Positions 9,393 to 20,142 are shown, counted from the stretch's first letter. The stretch: 64,000 nt of DNA from Saccharofermentanales bacterium (GCA_038326615.1 JBBQKF010000005.1:2911-66910); one strand, 5' to 3'. Made by a program: numbers and translations. The notes: generated by a model not told the origin, from the sequence alone.

Positions 9393-10193
9393 TTATTTAC
9401 ACAAATACTCAGCTACCACATCCACAATATCCGCAATGACTTGTGCGGTGTCTAAATAAGTATCGCTTGAAAACCCATAAGGATCAGGAATTCCGTATTT
9501 ATTTTTATTTATAGAATCATATAATTTTTGTCGGTTTTTGCTATCTTCTATTTCTTTCCAGTTAGCACTTGAAGGATTGTCTTTGAAAGGAGCATTTGAA
9601 GAATTCTCTTTATCATGTACACTTGAAGGATTATCTTTGAAAAGAGCATTTGAAGAATTCTCTTTATAATGTACACTTGAAGGATTGTCTTTGAAAGGAG
9701 CATTTGAATCTGATTTTTCAGAATTTACATTCATTTTTTTTGATTCATTTTCAAACTCTAAAGTTTTCTTACTATCATCTACTTCTGGCAATAAACCTTC
9801 AGATTTATCATGTTGGTATTCTTCTGATTTTAAATTAGTATTCTCGTCAAGAATCTTTTTCGCATACTCTGTCAAAGTGAAAATTTTATCTTTTGCCTGA
9901 GGAAATGCATTGTTAAGGATTACCTTTTGCGAATTTGTCATTGTTAGAGTAAGATCTGCTTGATTTATTAAGTCTAATGTTACTTTTTTAGAGCGGTGTT
10001 CAGATAAATCAATATCATAAATAGTTTTCATTGCATCAATAGATTCCACAGTTGCGAAATCTCCGTAAAAAGCACTCGTTCCTGCTGAATCAGCTGCAAT
10101 ATGTTGATTACAATCTTTTACCTTGTAATTGAAATATGCTTGTGCCATTGGACTTCTGCAAGTGTTTCCAGTACAAACAAATAAAACTTTCAT
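9393..10193 (-). CDS. ywlE: low-molecular-weight phosphatase, YwlE-like (protein arginine/tyrosine phosphatase), with a ~115-aa repeat-containing insertion
   Basis: The P-loop is VCTGNTCRSPMA and the C-terminal part is IPDPYG...D-loop. The ATG at 10193 follows AGGAG. The track start at 10199 is TTG. Confidence 0.8.
   Translation of the reverse strand: MKVLFVCTGNTCRSPMAQAYFNYKVKDCNQHIAADSAGTSAFYGDFATVESIDAMKTIYDIDLSEHRSKKVTLDLINQADLTLTMTNSQKVILNNAFPQAKDKIFTLTEYAKKILDENTNLKSEEYQHDKSEGLLPEVDDSKKTLEFENESKKMNVNSEKSDSNAPFKDNPSSVHYKENSSNALFKDNPSSVHDKENSSNAPFKDNPSSANWKEIEDSKNRQKLYDSINKNKYGIPDPYGFSSDTYLDTAQVIADIVDVVAEYLCK
9566..9712. repeat. in-frame 54-bp tandem repeat (about 2.7 copies) inside the ywlE-like gene
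   Basis: CACTTGAAGG recurs at 9566, 9620 and 9674. It encodes NAPFKDNPSSVHYKENSS / NALFKDNPSSVHDKENSS / NAPFKDNPSSANWKE. Confidence 0.9.
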
Positions 10194-10263
10194 TTCCAAT
10201 CTCCTGATTAATTCTTTTTAACTTCAATGAATCAATCATTACCCTTTCCTTGTAAAAATTTCT

Positions 10264-11595
10264 TTAATAGGAAGATCCAATCCCAGCGGCTTTAAGCAGT
10301 CTATTCATATAAGCAACTCCGATTCCCTTTACTGGAATTGCCTCTGCGAGAATTAAGTTTACTCCCGCTTCATCCATCCTACGGAACGCGTCAAAAAGCC
10401 CTGAAGAAACTGCTTTTGCGCTTTGATTCTTACCATATGAAATTGCAAGAAGCAAATTAGTCTCATCAGTTTTTGATTTTTTTTTGTTTTGGCTGAGCTT
10501 CATTTGTGAACTTTTTTCGTCTTTGTTGAGCTTAACTTGCGAATTATTTTTACTTACATTGAACTTCACATTCATTGCACAACCAGAGTAACTTGGTGAT
10601 AATTTATCTATCAAATCAAGTTTAAGTTCTTCATCTGACAAAATCTTTAAATGGCTATATGTCTCTTTAATTGTTTCGATTACTAATTGATTAGAATAAA
10701 TGCCAATCGCATTAAACTTTCCAAAATTTTCAGCTATGAGCTTTTCAAATATTGCTACTTTTTTTTGCATATTTTCACCATCTACAATAATAACCTTCGC
10801 TTTTGGGGCATAATGTCGGTATTTCATACCCGGAGACATTGGTGTTCCAGGTGTGTTTTGATTAAGAGCCATCTCGTAGGACAAATTTTCTGATATATCT
10901 ATACTTGTTCCAATTCCTTGCACATCGCCACATAAAGATTTTATCTGATCAGCTGTTATTGATCCAGGTCTCAAAATTACAGGGACCGTCCCAGTAACAT
11001 CCACAACTGTTGATTCAACTCCAAAATCGCAATTCCCCCCATCAATTATAAAAGGTATTTTGCCTTTCAAATCATCATATACATGCTTAGCTCTTGTAGT
11101 ACTAGGCCGACCTGAGACATTTGCAGAAGGCGCAGCGACGGGAATATTTGCCATCTCAAGGAATATATGAGCAATTATATGTGATGGAATTCTTATTGCA
11201 ACAGTATTAAGCCCTGCCGTGACCTCAATCGGAACTATGTTTGATTTCTCAAACACAAGTGTTATTGGTCCTGGCATAAATGCATCAATCAATTTTTGAG
11301 CAAGTGGAGTGATTTTGGAAACTAAAGGCGCTATCTGTGACTTATTTGCTACATGAACAATAAGCGGGTTATCCGACGGGCGCCCCTTTGCTTCGAATAT
11401 CTTTAAAACAGTAGCTCCATCCAAAGCATTAGCACCAAGCCCATAAACAGTTTCTGTCGGAAAGGCTACAAGCTCATTTTTTCGGATAGCAGTAACAGCT
11501 TCATTGAATGCTTGGGGAAAAGCAAAGGGAGGCAAATTTTCATTGCAACCATGATTTTCTATTACAAAATTCATATCAACTATAACAGTTTTCAA
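10264..11595 (-). CDS. tsaC: L-threonylcarbamoyladenylate synthase (Sua5/YwlC type) with low-complexity insertion
   Basis: FPTETVYGLGANA, KGRPSDNPLIVHV, AAPSANVSGRPSTT, MKYRHYAPKA. The start appears to be TTG at 11595 after AAGGGA. The product is 443 aa. Confidence 0.85.
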   Translation of the reverse strand: MKTVIVDMNFVIENHGCNENLPPFAFPQAFNEAVTAIRKNELVAFPTETVYGLGANALDGATVLKIFEAKGRPSDNPLIVHVANKSQIAPLVSKITPLAQKLIDAFMPGPITLVFEKSNIVPIEVTAGLNTVAIRIPSHIIAHIFLEMANIPVAAPSANVSGRPSTTRAKHVYDDLKGKIPFIIDGGNCDFGVESTVVDVTGTVPVILRPGSITADQIKSLCGDVQGIGTSIDISENLSYEMALNQNTPGTPMSPGMKYRHYAPKAKVIIVDGENMQKKVAIFEKLIAENFGKFNAIGIYSNQLVIETIKETYSHLKILSDEELKLDLIDKLSPSYSGCAMNVKFNVSKNNSQVKLNKDEKSSQMKLSQNKKKSKTDETNLLLAISYGKNQSAKAVSSGLFDAFRRMDEAGVNLILAEAIPVKGIGVAYMNRLLKAAGIGSSY

Positions 11596-11827
11596 AATTT
11601 ATTCCCTTTTCTTGCTCTATTAATATTTCATTACAAACCTATGTATCATTATGGTTATAATATTTAGATTTTATAAGGTACTAATCATACATTACAAATT
11701 TTAGATTTAACCAAGCAAATTGCCAGAATTCACTTCATTAATTTTCATTTCTAATTTAATATTTAATTTTTTCATATCAAATCTGCAAAACATAATACTA
11801 ATCAGTTTAAACGATATATAATTTATT

Positions 11828-12901
11828 TTACTCCTCTGACTTTGCCTGTCCTAGAGTATTTGCGCGATCTGCTGCGATTAGCGCCTGAATTATTTCGGTC
11901 AAATCACCTTGCAGAATTTCGTCTATTTTGTAAAGAGTAAGACCAATTCGATGATCAGAGACACGTCCCTGGTGATAGTTATATGTTCTAATTCTTTCGC
12001 TGCGATCGCCGGTACCAACCTGGCTTTTACGGTCATCTGCAATTGCTCCGGATCTCTTTTGCTGTTCAAATTCATAAATTCTGGTTTTCAAAACACTCAT
12101 CGCTTTATCTTTATTCTTGTACTGTGAACGCTGATCCTGACAAGTTACGACAATTCCTGTTGGTTTATGAGTTATTCTAATTGCTGAGTCAGTGGTGTTG
12201 ACATGCTGACCTCCGGCACCTGATGCGCGATATGTGTCAATTATTAAATCGCCCGGATTAATAGAAACCTCAACATCATCAACTTCCGGCAAAACGGCCA
12301 CTGTTACTGTAGATGTATGAATCCTGCCACCTGATTCTGTAGTTGGAACCCTTTGTACTCTGTGAACACCGCGCTCATATTTAAGTCGCGAAAAAGCTCC
12401 CTTTCCTTCAATCGAAAAGACAATCTCCTTATATCCACCAAGTTCTGTTTCGTTTGCATCGATAAATTCAGTATTCCACCCACATGATGCCGCGTAATAG
12501 GAATACATGCGATACAAAACAGCTACAAAAAGAGCTGCTTCTTCACCACCTGTGCCGGCTCTGATTTCCATAACAACGCTTCTATTATCGTGTGGGTCTT
12601 TAGGTGCGATCATTTCACGAAGCTCAGCTTCGATTTCTTCAAATCTTTTTTCCTGCGTATTTATCTCTTCTCTAACGAGTTCACGAAACTCCTGGTCATC
12701 TGACGAGGTAAGCATTTCTTTGTTTTCCTGAAGCTCCTGCACAATTTTAATGTATTCACGATAAGCCGTTACGATCGGCTCAATGTCAGAATGTTCTTTT
12801 ACGATTTTCAGATATCTGTCAGAAGCAATAACAAAAGGATCACTCATTTCCTGTGTAAGTTCATCATACCTATTTTCTACAGACTGTAATTTATCTAGCA
12901 T
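11828..12901 (-). CDS. prfA: peptide chain release factor 1
   Basis: GGQ motif (SGAGGQHVNTTDSAIRITH) and an RF1-type PxT tripeptide region (RVPTTES). Confidence 0.95.
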   Translation of the reverse strand: MLDKLQSVENRYDELTQEMSDPFVIASDRYLKIVKEHSDIEPIVTAYREYIKIVQELQENKEMLTSSDDQEFRELVREEINTQEKRFEEIEAELREMIAPKDPHDNRSVVMEIRAGTGGEEAALFVAVLYRMYSYYAASCGWNTEFIDANETELGGYKEIVFSIEGKGAFSRLKYERGVHRVQRVPTTESGGRIHTSTVTVAVLPEVDDVEVSINPGDLIIDTYRASGAGGQHVNTTDSAIRITHKPTGIVVTCQDQRSQYKNKDKAMSVLKTRIYEFEQQKRSGAIADDRKSQVGTGDRSERIRTYNYHQGRVSDHRIGLTLYKIDEILQGDLTEIIQALIAADRANTLGQAKSEE

Positions 12902-13082
12902 ATTTCTCCCTATTTTTAGTTTCGCAAAAAGTGCATACGAATTTTTGATATTTAATCAATAAGATTGATATGCCGTCAATATTCTATAACATATAAAGAT
13001 ATATGTAAAGCACCATGATTTTATAAATAATACAACTTAACTTCTACGATATTTTGTTTAATAACAAATGCTTTAACTAAAA

Positions 13083-14672
13083 TTAACTGACATTAATAAA
13101 TCGCACTCCTGTCTCGACATCTGCCTTGACGTCAATTTCAGCGACAGGTTCTATTTTTTTATTAGGTTCTGTTCTTTTATATGTTAAGTTAAATTTTTTC
13201 CATGATTCTGAAGAAATTGTGCCAAAAGCTTCTTGTGTCAGTCTGAATTTCCAATTCTCAGATAAAGTACCAGGTATGTTCATCCTCGCATCGGATCCGA
13301 ATCCACAAAGGTCTTGTATCGGGGAAATCACAAGATTTGAACATGATTGCCACAATGATCTAGTAATAGCTTTAATGGAAGCACTATCGGTGCCCCCTTT
13401 ACTCCAGTTATCTCCTTCAAATCCACAATAAGAAAGTGCAAAAGTACGTTCTTTTTCGCTTGCATCCCATAACCACCCAAGAGAAGTATTATTGTCATGA
13501 GTTCCAGTATATGCTACGCAATTTTTAGTGTAATTATGAGGAAGATATTCGCTGTCACTGTCCGGATCAAAAGCAAATTGTATTACTTTCATCCCTGGAT
13601 ATCCTGAATTCTCAAGAAATTTTCTGACGTCGTCATCAATATCTCCAAGATCTTCCGCAATAATATTTGCTTGCCCGAAAACTTCTCTGACTTTATCAAA
13701 AAGTTTCATTGCAGGGCCTTTCTTCCAGACGCCCCCAATTGCAGTTTTATCTTTAAAAGGAATTTCCCAGTACGATTCGAAACCTCTGAAATGATCGATT
13801 CTTACATAATCATACATACTGAGAGAAGCGGATATTCTATTAATCCACCAACTAAATCCATCTTCTTGCATTATTTCCCAATTATAAATTGGATTTCCCC
13901 ATAACTGCCCTTCAATCGAGAAAAAATCTGGCGGCACACCTGCAACGACGGTGGGGATAAGAGTTTCGTCAAGTTTAAACAATTCAGGCGATGCCCAAAG
14001 GTCGCTACTGTCCCGAGCAACATAAATTGGCATATCACCTATTATTTTGATACCAATTTCATTGATTTCTTTCTTGGTTTTTTCCCACTGTCTGTAAAAA
14101 ATAAATTGAATAAATTTCCAGAAAGAAATTGCCTCACGTTCTTCACTTATTGCGTCTGAAATTGCTTTAGGGTCTCTTTTAATCAATAGCACATTTGGCC
14201 ATTCCCAAAACGCCTTTTGACCATAACGATATTTTAAAGCCATAAAAAGAGCATAATCTTCAAGCCATTCACTGTTTTTTAATGCAAAATCATTAATTTC
14301 ATCTTGCATTTGTATTGTAACACGAGGAAATGCAAATCTCATCATATCAAGAGAATTATTGTTTGCAAAATCATAGTCAACAGTATAATTTCCACCTTTG
14401 TACTCAAAACATTTCAGTTCATACTCGTAAATTAGTCCATCTTTAATAAGCTCTCTTGGATCAATCATTGAGTGATAGCCCGCAAATGAACAAAAACTTT
14501 GATAAGGAGAATTTCCAAATCCAACAGGTCCAAATGGGAGTACTTGCCAGTAAGAAAACCCTGCTTCTTTAAGAAATTTGGCAAATCGGATTGCTTGCTC
14601 ACCAAATTTTCCAATACCTTCTTTCCCAGGTAATGAAGTAATATGCATTAATACACCACTTGCACGCTCCAT
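13083..14672 (-). CDS. malQ: 4-alpha-glucanotransferase (amylomaltase, GH77)
   Basis: RASGVLMHITSLPG, GNSPYQS, IGDMPIYV, RIDHFRGF and YTGTHDN are typical MalQ blocks. Confidence 0.9.
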   Translation of the reverse strand: MERASGVLMHITSLPGKEGIGKFGEQAIRFAKFLKEAGFSYWQVLPFGPVGFGNSPYQSFCSFAGYHSMIDPRELIKDGLIYEYELKCFEYKGGNYTVDYDFANNNSLDMMRFAFPRVTIQMQDEINDFALKNSEWLEDYALFMALKYRYGQKAFWEWPNVLLIKRDPKAISDAISEEREAISFWKFIQFIFYRQWEKTKKEINEIGIKIIGDMPIYVARDSSDLWASPELFKLDETLIPTVVAGVPPDFFSIEGQLWGNPIYNWEIMQEDGFSWWINRISASLSMYDYVRIDHFRGFESYWEIPFKDKTAIGGVWKKGPAMKLFDKVREVFGQANIIAEDLGDIDDDVRKFLENSGYPGMKVIQFAFDPDSDSEYLPHNYTKNCVAYTGTHDNNTSLGWLWDASEKERTFALSYCGFEGDNWSKGGTDSASIKAITRSLWQSCSNLVISPIQDLCGFGSDARMNIPGTLSENWKFRLTQEAFGTISSESWKKFNLTYKRTEPNKKIEPVAEIDVKADVETGVRFINVS

Positions 14673-14725
14673 ACATTTGCCCTCCGTGTGTAATTAATTA
14701 TAGTATTAATCTGAAAATTAGTCAA

Positions 14726-15397
14726 TTATGCATCTGCATCTGCTTTTATCGAAGCCTCAATTGCTTGTTTCACAATCATATCCTTAACTTTCATAAGCCT
14801 TGTAAGATTTCCTCTTTCACTTTCATCAAGCTTCATTGCAATTGATTTGATTGTCTGTTCATAGTTGGGAATCAAAACGTATTCGAGAGAATTCACCCGA
14901 CGTCTTGTTTTTTCTATTTCACTTGCAAGTAACATTGTTGATTTTTCGATTTCAGCAAGTTTTAACATTATTGGAAATGCTTCATTTAGAGCCATTACAG
15001 CCATATCAAGCTCTCCTGTTGTAGAGGCCATGCCATATGGCAAGGAATCCATTCGTCCACTTTTTTCAAACGGCATTTCAAAAACTGGAACCTCAACACT
15101 CATCAGATTTTCTGTATCAACATCAATTTGAATTGAGGATTGTCCAATCATCAGTGCTTCTTCCAAAAATTCTGATTTCATTACAGCTCTTGCAATTAGA
15201 AATTGTTGATTCGCTTTTTCGAGAAGGATTTCGACACGCTCTCGAAGAATTTTGTTCTCTTTTACAATTTCAAGAAATTGACGCATTAAACCATCTCGCT
15301 TATCCTTCATCAGTTTATGCCCGCGACGGGCAACAACAAGTTGTTTCTTTAAGCGATTTAGTTCCATTCTTGTCGGATTAACCTGTATTTGTGCCAT
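14726..15397 (-). CDS. ntpD: V-type ATP synthase subunit D
   Basis: NPTRMELNRLKKQLVVARRGHKLMKDKRD is the canonical V/A-ATPase D N-terminus. It is the last gene of the operon. Confidence 0.9.
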   Translation of the reverse strand: MAQIQVNPTRMELNRLKKQLVVARRGHKLMKDKRDGLMRQFLEIVKENKILRERVEILLEKANQQFLIARAVMKSEFLEEALMIGQSSIQIDVDTENLMSVEVPVFEMPFEKSGRMDSLPYGMASTTGELDMAVMALNEAFPIMLKLAEIEKSTMLLASEIEKTRRRVNSLEYVLIPNYEQTIKSIAMKLDESERGNLTRLMKVKDMIVKQAIEASIKADADA

Positions 15398-15410
15398 TTT
15401 ACCTCCAATG

Positions 15411-15603
15411 TTTAACGCCGCTTATCAAGCTTTTTTCCAGGAAAGCTTCCGACGAAGCAGAACGAAGTTTATCAAACTTTTTCCAGGAAAGCTTCAGAAA
15501 CAAGTTATGCCAGGAGCTGATAAGCCGAGCAGCGCAGCAAACATCTGGTATGTGAGCAGCGCAGGACTTATCGAGCGACGAAGCAGAACGAAGTTTATCA
15601 AGC
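15411..15603. repeat. composite direct-repeat element filling the ntpB-ntpD intergenic gap
   Basis: Its blocks are A=TTATCAA(G/A)CTTT (15421, 15468, 15592), B=TTCCAGGAAAGCTTC (15434, 15480), C=CGACGAAGCAGAACGAAG (15450, 15576), and GAGCAGCGCAG x2 flanked by GATAAG/CTTATC. By eye it is richer in G+C than its surroundings. Confidence 0.85.
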
Positions 15604-16971
15604 TTTCCCATAGTATTTTTCGATAAGATCTTCCTTAACCCTCTTCAACTCATTTCTCGGCAACAACGATAGCAACCTCCAACCAAGGTCAAGCGTCTCA
15701 ATTATGCTTCGCTGTGTCTCAAACCCCTGCGAAACATACTGTTTCTCAAATTCATCAGCGAATTTTGCATAAAGCTTATCAACATCGCTCAAAGCTGCAT
15801 CTCCGAGAATTACGGAAAGTTCCTTCGCCTCTTTTCCTCTTGCATACGCAGCAAAAAGCTGGTTCATAGTATTTGCATGATCCTCACGAGTTTTACCCTC
15901 ACCGATTCCTTTGTCTTTAAGACGTGAAAGCGATGGAAGAACATCAATAGGTGGCCTAAACCCTTTACGATAAAGTTCGCGACTTAAAATAATTTGTCCT
16001 TCTGTAATATAGCCTGTTAAGTCAGGAATTGGATGTGTCTTATCGTCATCAGGCATTGTCAGGATAGGAATCAGGGTTATCGAACCAGGCTTGCCCTTTT
16101 GTCTGCCTGCTCTCTCATAAAGGGTCGCAAGGTCAGTATAAAGATAACCTGGATAACCTCTTCTGCCTGGCACTTCTTTACGTGCTGCTGATACTTCCCG
16201 AAGAGCATCTGCATAATAAGTAATATCTGTCATTATAACTAGAACGTGCATATCTTTCTCGAATGCTAGGTATTCTGCGGCAGTAAGTGCCATACGAGGT
16301 GTTGAAATTCTTTCGATTGCTGGATGATCAGCAAGATTGATGAACATAACCGCTCTATCAATTGCCCCTGTTTTTCTAAAGTCTCTTATAAAATAGTCAG
16401 CTTCTTCAAATGTTATTCCCATTGCAGCAAATACAACAGCAAATTTTGATGTTGAATCTAAAACTTTAGCTTGTCTTGCAATCTGCGCAGCTAATTGGGC
16501 ATGAGGCAAACCGGATCCTGAAAATATTGGAAGTTTTTGCCCTCGTACTAATGTGTTTAGTCCATCTATAGCACTTATTCCTGTTTCAATAAATTCGTTT
16601 GGGTAATCCCTGGCAGCAGGATTTATTGGTAACCCATTAATATCAACTGATTTTTCGGGGATAATTTCTGGTCCATCATCTGCGGGTTTGCCCATACCGT
16701 CGAAAACTCTGCCAAGAAGATCCAGTGAAACTCCAAGTTCCATGCTCTTTCCAAGAAAACGCACTTTACTTTCCGCTACATTAATCCCTACTGCACTTTC
16801 AAAAAGTTGGATAAGAACATTTGTACCGTTTATTTCAAGAATCCTACCTCTTCGTACTTCTTTGTTAGGAAGAGAAATTTCACATAATTCGTTTAGTTTA
16901 ATTCCTTCGACGTGTTTTACCAGCATCAAAGGTCCTGCAACTTCTTCTATTGTTTTATATTCAACTGGCAT
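15598..16971 (-). CDS. ntpB: V-type ATP synthase subunit B
   Basis: 457 aa. The core is conserved (e.g. [22 protein letters not shown]) but lacks the catalytic P-loop, as expected for a B subunit. Confidence 0.95.
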   Translation of the reverse strand: MPVEYKTIEEVAGPLMLVKHVEGIKLNELCEISLPNKEVRRGRILEINGTNVLIQLFESAVGINVAESKVRFLGKSMELGVSLDLLGRVFDGMGKPADDGPEIIPEKSVDINGLPINPAARDYPNEFIETGISAIDGLNTLVRGQKLPIFSGSGLPHAQLAAQIARQAKVLDSTSKFAVVFAAMGITFEEADYFIRDFRKTGAIDRAVMFINLADHPAIERISTPRMALTAAEYLAFEKDMHVLVIMTDITYYADALREVSAARKEVPGRRGYPGYLYTDLATLYERAGRQKGKPGSITLIPILTMPDDDKTHPIPDLTGYITEGQIILSRELYRKGFRPPIDVLPSLSRLKDKGIGEGKTREDHANTMNQLFAAYARGKEAKELSVILGDAALSDVDKLYAKFADEFEKQYVSQGFETQRSIIETLDLGWRLLSLLPRNELKRVKEDLIEKYYGKA

Positions 16972-18749
16972 CAGACCACCTCCCGTGGAATTTTTACTGA
17001 AGTTTCATTTAGCAACTCTATTTCAAGATTAGTTGCAATTTTAGCTACATCTGATTCCTCAGCATATTTTAATCTAGCGATTCCATCACGAACTTTAAGC
17101 TTCGAAATTTCTCTTATTGATACGCCTTTATCAAGGGCATCTTTCCCATGATAATAATACTGCATTATAAGATAAAGCATTGTATGCTGTTTGGCTAGAG
17201 ATGTGAATGTGTCAATTTTGTCGAATGAGTTTTGTTGTAGAAAATCTTCTCGAACTGATTTTGCAGCCTCAAGCTTAAGTCTGTCGTAACCGGATAAGGA
17301 ATCCATTCCGACAAGTTTAACTATTTCTTCGAGTTCAGATTCCTCTTGTAATAATCTCATTGCATCATCTTTAAGACTGCTCCAATTATCAAATGCATTC
17401 TCATTCATCCATAAGTTTACCTGATCAGAGTATAGTGAATAACTTATAAGCCAATTGATCGCAGGAAAATGTCTGCTGTAAGCAAGTCTTGCATCAAGCC
17501 CCCAGAAAACTTTAACTATTCTAAGTGTCGCCTGTGCCACTGGATCGGATAGATCTCCGCCAGGTGGAGAAACAGCGCCTATTGCAGTCAATATACCTTC
17601 TCGATTGTCATCACCAAGGCATTTCACATATCCTGATCGTTCATAAAAATGTGCAAGTCTTGATCCAAGATAGGCCGGATAACCTTCTTCTCCAGGCATT
17701 TCTTCAAGACGTCCTGACATTTCACGCAATGCTTCCGCCCATCTAGATGTTGAATCAGCCATAACCGCAACTTTGTAACCCATATCCCTGAAATATTCAG
17801 CAATAGTAATTCCTGTATAAATAGAAGCTTCTCTTGCAGCAACAGGCATATCAGATGTATTCGCAATAAGTATAGTTCTTTCCATAAGTGATTGTCCTGA
17901 TTTAGGGTCGATTAGCTCAGGAAACTCTTTAAGAACATCGGTCATTTCGTTACCGCGTTCTCCACATCCTATATATACAACAATATCCGCCTGTGCCCAT
18001 TTGGCTATCTGGTGTTGAATAACAGTCTTCCCTGATCCGAAAGGTCCTGGCACAGCTGCTGTTCCACCCTGCGCAATTGGGAAAAAAGTATCAATAACTC
18101 TTTGCCCCGTAATCAATGGTTCTCTTGGTGATAACTTCTCTTTATATGGTCTGCCTTTTCGGACAGGCCATCTTTGAAGCATGCAAACATCAATAGTTTT
18201 GCCGTCTTCAGTATTTAATTTTACAATAGTATCTGTTATCTTAAATTCTCCGTTTTCGATAGAACTAATTGTTCCTTTTATCCCGGGTGGTACCATTATT
18301 TTATGCACAACTAGAGGGGTTTCATTTACTATTCCGAGTATATCTCCCTCATTAACTTTATCTCCCGGCACTCTATTAGGTTCAAAAAGCCACACTTTAT
18401 GTCGGTCAAGACTATCAACTTTAATTCCTCTCGTTATATTATTTCCTACAAGTTCAATCATTTTCACGAGAGGTCTTTGTATTCCGTCAAATATTTGCCC
18501 CATAATTCCAGGTGCGAGTTCAACGCACAAAGGGCTTTGTGTTGATACTACTTTTTCGCCAGGCCCAAGTCCCGATGTTTCTTCATATACTTGAATGGAC
18601 GCCCGGTCCCCACGCATTTCGATAATTTCGCCAATAAGATTCAAGGCGGATACCCTCACAACATCAAACATCTCGGAATTTCTCATGCCTTCGGCAACAA
18701 CGAGAGGACCAGCTATTTTAACAATTCGTCCTTCACTTGGTATTTTCAT
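16971..18749 (-). CDS. ntpA: V-type ATP synthase catalytic subunit A
   Basis: 592 aa. It has a Walker A (GPFGSGKT), [22 protein letters not shown], and an ATGA overlap with ntpB. Confidence 0.95.
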   Translation of the reverse strand: MKIPSEGRIVKIAGPLVVAEGMRNSEMFDVVRVSALNLIGEIIEMRGDRASIQVYEETSGLGPGEKVVSTQSPLCVELAPGIMGQIFDGIQRPLVKMIELVGNNITRGIKVDSLDRHKVWLFEPNRVPGDKVNEGDILGIVNETPLVVHKIMVPPGIKGTISSIENGEFKITDTIVKLNTEDGKTIDVCMLQRWPVRKGRPYKEKLSPREPLITGQRVIDTFFPIAQGGTAAVPGPFGSGKTVIQHQIAKWAQADIVVYIGCGERGNEMTDVLKEFPELIDPKSGQSLMERTILIANTSDMPVAAREASIYTGITIAEYFRDMGYKVAVMADSTSRWAEALREMSGRLEEMPGEEGYPAYLGSRLAHFYERSGYVKCLGDDNREGILTAIGAVSPPGGDLSDPVAQATLRIVKVFWGLDARLAYSRHFPAINWLISYSLYSDQVNLWMNENAFDNWSSLKDDAMRLLQEESELEEIVKLVGMDSLSGYDRLKLEAAKSVREDFLQQNSFDKIDTFTSLAKQHTMLYLIMQYYYHGKDALDKGVSIREISKLKVRDGIARLKYAEESDVAKIATNLEIELLNETSVKIPREVV

Positions 18750-18757
18750 GTTTAATT

Positions 18758-19099
18758 CTACCTCTCTTCTGTATAAATATTTAAAATGTCAGCACCTACA
18801 GCCTTTTTGACTGCATCACGTAATTGGTTCATTCCATAATTATTTTTACTCATAATTGTTGGAACAGGTACAATTGATGGTAATTTTCTTTCTTTATATT
18901 CATCAATCGCATCAACTATCATTGCTGCAAACTGCTCAGTAATATATATAATTACATATTCGCTCTCTACTGCTGCCTTTAATTCATCTCTTGCCTGTGA
19001 TTCGTTAGTTATAGGATAAATGTCCATGCCGAGAGTTTTAAATCCCAAAACACTGTCGTAATCTCCAATTACAGCTATTTTATTTAACATTGACTCCAT
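18758..19099 (-). CDS. ntpG: V-type ATP synthase subunit F (E. hirae NtpG equivalent)
   Basis: [23 protein letters not shown] is the subunit F signature. The product is 113 aa. Confidence 0.85.
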   Translation of the reverse strand: MESMLNKIAVIGDYDSVLGFKTLGMDIYPITNESQARDELKAAVESEYVIIYITEQFAAMIVDAIDEYKERKLPSIVPVPTIMSKNNYGMNQLRDAVKKAVGADILNIYTEER

Positions 19100-19113
19100 T
19101 CCTTCCTATATAA

Positions 19114-20142
19114 TTAGAATGCTTCGCGCATATATTGTTTTGCTATTTCTGCTGGTATTTTATTTCTTATGCATGTAAGAACAATATTGATATTTTTTGT
19201 CTGCATCTCTTTAACAACAAGATATGCAATGGCGATTTCTGGACCAAAAAGAACTTTATTAGCTTCACGCATTAAGCTCATAAGATTATTATCGCAAATT
19301 CTGCCATATTCTGAGATTGAAATGCTATTTGCCGAGTCCGTCACAGATATAGCAATTTTTTCACATAAAGTCCCGTTAAATGCACTTCGAATTTCATCAT
19401 TATCAGCATTATAAAGACTTACAAGTTTATTTATATTCACTTCACCACCTGGCACTAATGACTTCTGATATAGAGAAGGAGTCGCTTTTAATCCCCGCAT
19501 GCGCAATAGAATTCCTAAGTTAGTGCTATCTGACCTGAATGAACAATATTTTTTAAAAAAATCATTTCCCAAATATGTTGCAATTTCTTGCAATTTCTCG
19601 AAATATGCATTATCCATTATTCTATCTATTGAACTTGCGTCAGATGTCGTTTGATATTCGCTTAGAGAATCTTTTATTGCATTTACAAAGTAATTTGCGA
19701 GTTCCCCATATCTTTGTTCTCTTATAATTTCAATTAGCTTTTGTGGTTCGGTTATTGATGGGTGTATCAGAATTTTAAATATTTCTTTATCCCTAGTTTG
19801 ATTCTCTGTTTTTGTAATATTTGTTTGTAGCAATGATTTGATTATGACTTTTGCATTGTGAAATTCATGGATCAAAAGAAGTGCGTATATAAATTCTTTA
19901 TCAGGAAGAAAAGAATTTATGATATCGTAACTATCTGATAAGCTTCTTTGTATGCTATCTTCGGGATTATTAGACGCAGAGTATCCACATTCAACTAGAA
20001 ACCTTGAAACATCATCTATGGTTGTTAGTTCAAACAATCTCTGTGTTTTTTGAGAGTTAAGCAATTTTGTTTCAAGTGCTCTTACTCGCCCTGAGGTATA
20101 TGCATAATCATAAGGATTTATTTTTTTAATATTATCAGCCAT
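19114..20142 (-). CDS. ntpC: V-type ATP synthase subunit C (d)
   Basis: YDYAYTSGRVRALETKLL matches the subunit C N-terminus. The ATG at 20142 follows GGAAGGCGG. The track start at 20160 is a less likely upstream ATG. Confidence 0.75.
   Translation of the reverse strand: MADNIKKINPYDYAYTSGRVRALETKLLNSQKTQRLFELTTIDDVSRFLVECGYSASNNPEDSIQRSLSDSYDIINSFLPDKEFIYALLLIHEFHNAKVIIKSLLQTNITKTENQTRDKEIFKILIHPSITEPQKLIEIIREQRYGELANYFVNAIKDSLSEYQTTSDASSIDRIMDNAYFEKLQEIATYLGNDFFKKYCSFRSDSTNLGILLRMRGLKATPSLYQKSLVPGGEVNINKLVSLYNADNDEIRSAFNGTLCEKIAISVTDSANSISISEYGRICDNNLMSLMREANKVLFGPEIAIAYLVVKEMQTKNINIVLTCIRNKIPAEIAKQYMREAF

Noticed and set aside
11596-11827. Absence of prmC between prfA and tsaC (many Firmicutes have prfA-prmC adjacent), with a 232-bp AT-rich gap instead.
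   Set aside because: Gene order varies among lineages, prmC may be elsewhere in the genome, and no remnant of a methyltransferase frame is visible in the gap.
15399-15611. 70-aa ORF ([12 protein letters not shown]…) that exactly spans the ntpB-ntpD gap.
   Set aside because: It has no SD, its ATG is buried in the ntpB 3' end, and its peptide repeats simply follow the DNA repeats. I treat it as a non-coding repeat element, though a small protein cannot be excluded without expression data.
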